A DNA stretch of 64,000 nt, taken from Eledone cirrhosa. Its lineage: Eukaryota. The stretch covers positions 191,580,001 to 191,644,000 of the forward strand of contig OZ024741.1 in assembly GCA_964016885.1 (NCBI GenBank), written 5' to 3'. Position numbers and translations under genes: made by a program. The notes beneath the pieces are model-generated. The model did not search any database, was not told the origin of the DNA, and saw only the letters and a program-made list of their open reading frames with translations. Shown here in pieces: positions 60,601-64,000 of the stretch. Position 1 is the first letter of the stretch; each line of letters opens with the position of its first letter.

Positions 60601-63580
60601 TTCTCCAAACTCCTTGAAGCAGTCTACTGCAACTGGCAGCAGAACAGTAGTATTCCCAGTGATGCTGGTGAGGAAAGATGAGAACAAGAGGGATACTTCA
60701 GATAATTTTAAGCCCATAACTCTGTTAAATACAGAGTTTAAGATTTTGGCCAAGGTGTTAGCGAAAAGGTTGATGCTTATCATCAAGTGTCTGGTAGGCG
60801 AGGTGTAAACTTGCGCAATCCCAACCAGGTCCATACATGACAACCTCCACCTCATGCAATATGTCATAGAAAGGGTAAGGTGTAAACCTGGCTTCAGTTG
60901 GGCTCTGATAAATTTAGATCAATCAAAAGCTTTCGATAGGGTTGACCATTGATATCTGTAGGCTGTCCTCAGGTCAGCTGGCTTTGGTCCCATCTTCAGA
61001 GGCTGGATAGCTGCAAGGCACAGCGGAATCTACTTGGTGGTCAAAATAAATGGTTACCTTTTGGAACTGTTTCAGATCACGCATTCGGGACGCCAAGAAT
61101 AGCCTCTCTCCACCCGTCTGTACATATTGACTCTTGAGCCTTTACAGCTGGAGCTGGTGCAGGGAATCCTGCTTGAACAGGGATGTGGGAGGGCTATATC
61201 GGCATATCCGTAAATCACTGTGATGGTATTGAACACCTTGGAAATCAAGGTGGGCCAAAAGGAAGTTATCCCGGAAAGGTTGGGCAGAGGTGGCGAACGC
61301 ATACATCGCATCCATCATCTAGTACTGCCTGACTGTCACGCCTTGTCCCCATTTGCACTCAGATCTGCTCTTCCACTTTTTGTGGAAGGGACAGGTTCTA
61401 TTGGTGATGTGGTCCATCTGTTGCCAACACCCTCTATGTGGCGGACTGGACATGCTGTGGCTGATGATCCGCAAGCACGCACTGAGGCTATGGAATCTTC
61501 AGATATTCTTAAACAGTGTACAGGTGTGGTTGCCGTTTGTGAGACAGGCCTTTCCGCAGCTCATATGTTTAACTGGGCTGCAGTCCTAGGTCAAGAAGAG
61601 ACCGAGATTGAGCACCTAGCATCTGGAATATTGCCAGGCATTCACTGCCTCCACCAAGTGGGCAATGTGGTCAATGGAAATTCCACCCTTGAGGTTTATA
61701 AAGGATTAAGAGGTGCAAAACCTCTCTTGGAGAGGCACTGGGCATCAACGAAATTGAACTCATCAGTCTGTTCCGGAGGACCTTCAAGCCGGGGGTTATG
61801 GATAACTTCCAAAATTCCCTCACCTGGCAGTGCTACCGGAAATCACTGCCGGTTTGAGATAAACTCTACAGGCACAGAAATGCTGTCAGACGAACCTGCC
61901 CAAGATACATGCAGAGCAATGAAACTGCTCTGCACACACTCATCTAGTATCTGTGCATTATTGATTTGTGGAGTTCATAGTGAAGATCACCCCGCCGCCT
62001 TCTTTTAGCTCATAAGGGCAGGCAGTTTTCCTCTGTCTGGTGGCCATATTAAAAGAGGTTGCATAGTGGAGCAGTTTGAAAGTACTAAAGAGAGGCACTT
62101 TCCTCTTAGGTCAAACCCTCATCATCTTTTTAAAATTTCACTTGGAAAGGAAGGTGAAGGTGGAGAAAGGAATGATGTCCCCCAGTACATTTGCTAGGTC
62201 GATAAATAAAGCACCAGTAATGCACTGGGGATCGATTAAATCGACTTTCCCTTCCCCTTCAAATTGCTGGCCTTGTGCATGAACTCGGTTCACCAAGGAT
62301 GTCCTTTCTCATCCCTGTTGTACGTACAAGCCATTACTGCACAAACTGGAGACGTTGAGAGGCTGGACAGACAGATCGGTTAAATTGCTAGAGGTCTGGT
62401 TTAGTCCAGACCTCCAGATAGACAAAAACTGGGCCGAGAGTAGATACCCTTTAAAGGTCGAGTGAGGTGGCGAGTGACTGCACTGGAGCATTTGCTCTTT
62501 TATTTTTTTGTGGAAGGGTGTCTTCCGATGGTCAGGCTATGGCATCTCCACCTCTTCCTTGATGGTGAACAGGTGTGGTCTCCATTTCTAGACACGTTTT
62601 TACCCAGCTTGTCTCCTTGATATAGCTGCAGTCCTGGGTTAAGCGAAGACCGAGAGGAAGCGCTTGGAGACTGAAATGCCTTCAGGCGCTCACAGCGCTC
62701 TGCCAATGAGGCACTGCGATCATTGGAATCTCCACCTTGGTGTTCTATAGAGAGTTAGTAGAGAGCAAGAGCGACGACATCCTTGGGCAGACTCTGGGTA
62801 TCAATGAAAATCAACTAGCCAATCGCTTTGGGAGGACTTTTGGGCCGAGGCCCATGGACAACTTCCAGAAATCCCTGGCTTGGCAGTGCTATTGAGAAGC
62901 TTTGCCAGTTTGGGATAAAGTCTACAGGCATGGAAGTGCCGTCAGCCAGACCTGTCCAACATGTGCGCAGGTCAACAAAACAGTCCTGCATGCACTTGTC
63001 CAATGTTCGAGCATTTATGTCGAACACCTGTTGTCATGTGTAGGATGTATTCGGCTATCAGCTGAGTCCATTGTGAAGATTGCCCTTTAGCCAGGAAGGG
63101 CAGGCAGTTTTGATCTGCCTGGTGGCCATGGTGAAAGAGGTCATGTGGTAGATGCGTCTGAAAGGGCTGAAGATGAGAACTTACCTCTTTGGTGATGCCC
63201 TGATTAACTTTTTCAAATTTCATTTGAAAAGGAAAATCAGAGTGGAGAGGGAAGTGCTCTCTTCCCAGCAATTTGTGAGAGAAGCGAGCATGGCCTGAAT
63301 GAATGGGCCTACTCTGAGTATGCACCTGTAGATTGGAGGTAGAAAATTGGGAGAGGGCACTTGATCTGGTGGTCAGGATCACCGAGGCTTTTTGTGGGCT
63401 TTCTCCATGAGTGACCCTTGGAAGTCTCCCCCTATTGGGGAATTTTTCCTTTGTTTTAAATTTTTGTTACATTCTTGGTTTTTGCATGCAGAAATGCCTA
63501 TTTGTACCATCCTGTACTGTCCTTAATGTTATACTTTATGTTAACCCTTGGGGTTAATAAAGAAATCATTATTATTATTG
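57620..63580 (+). mobile_element. L1/Tx1-clade LINE, near full length but decayed, with a duplicated ORF2 3' half
   Basis: ORF1 from 57678 (Asn/Ser-rich N-terminus; knuckle C-x2-[stop]-x4-H-x4-C at 58533). ORF2 from 59367 (CLNVHGL; NFKPITLLNTEFKILAKVLA; LDQSKAFDRV). Terminal CPTC...H...C zinc motif at ~62950. AATAAA and (ATT)n tail. Confidence 0.88.
58777..58900 (+). repeat. Two tandem 60-bp units in L1/Tx1 ORF1
   Basis: CACATAAACACAAAAAGAAAAATACATCTTCACCACACCAA.AAGCACACAAAACATACC twice. Confidence 0.9.
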
Positions 63581-64000
63581 TTCTTTGAGTCTCAGTTATT
63601 GATGTTATTTAACTGGAAAGTTTGTTGAAATGAATATCAAGCCGCTACCTGCAGCCTCAGACATTCAGGATGTATTGGAGGGTTCTTGCTGTTCCCAACA
63701 AGCATGCTTTTTGAAGTGTTCCAAAAAGCGGGGCTGGACTAATCTTCTTTAATCATCCTTGGAAACTCTTTGAGATAGTACCTAGTGCGCCTATGACAAT
63801 CGGGACGACCTTGATTTCATGGCAGTTCCAAATCCTTTTTAACTCCAACTTTAAGTCCTGGTATCGGTTAATTTTCTCCCTCTCCTTTTCTTGCACTCTT
63901 ATGTCAAATGGGCAGGCTACATCTACAATCAGGCACAATCTTTTTTCCTTGTCCAAATCCACCAGGTCAGGCCTATTGTGTTCGAATTTCTTGTCCTTTC
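63570..64000 (-). mobile_element. R4/Dong-type RLE LINE 3' end, continuing beyond the window
   Basis: EHNRPDLV...IVDVACPFD...EKINRYQDL...VVPIVIGALG, a PD-(D/E)xK restriction-like endonuclease. Ends in (TAA)n on the minus strand. Confidence 0.88.

Overview
AT-rich animal genomic DNA, most likely octopus or another coleoid cephalopod. This is inferred from the CORE-type tRNA SINEs, (TA)n/(CAT)n microsatellites and the '[10 protein letters not shown]...HTGEKP' zinc-finger style. The only clear host gene is a single-coding-exon, 15-finger C2H2 zinc-finger gene (26497-27840, +). Most of the rest is nested transposon debris. It includes more than 15 fragments of two RTE-clade LINE families (called A and B here), their partner SINEs, Penelope-like elements with hammerhead-like terminal repeats, a Helitron helicase relic and non-autonomous Helitrons, a DD37D maT element, three hAT types, R4/Dong-type RLE LINEs and an L1/Tx1 LINE. 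Top finding: both RTE families carry a canonical C4-H-C3 PHD finger inserted inside ORF2, between the RT core and the thumb. They also share 5'/3' sequence modules with a mosaic SINE and tend to sit in (TA)n tracts. All calls come from reading motifs by eye, no database search was run, and boundaries of decayed elements are approximate.
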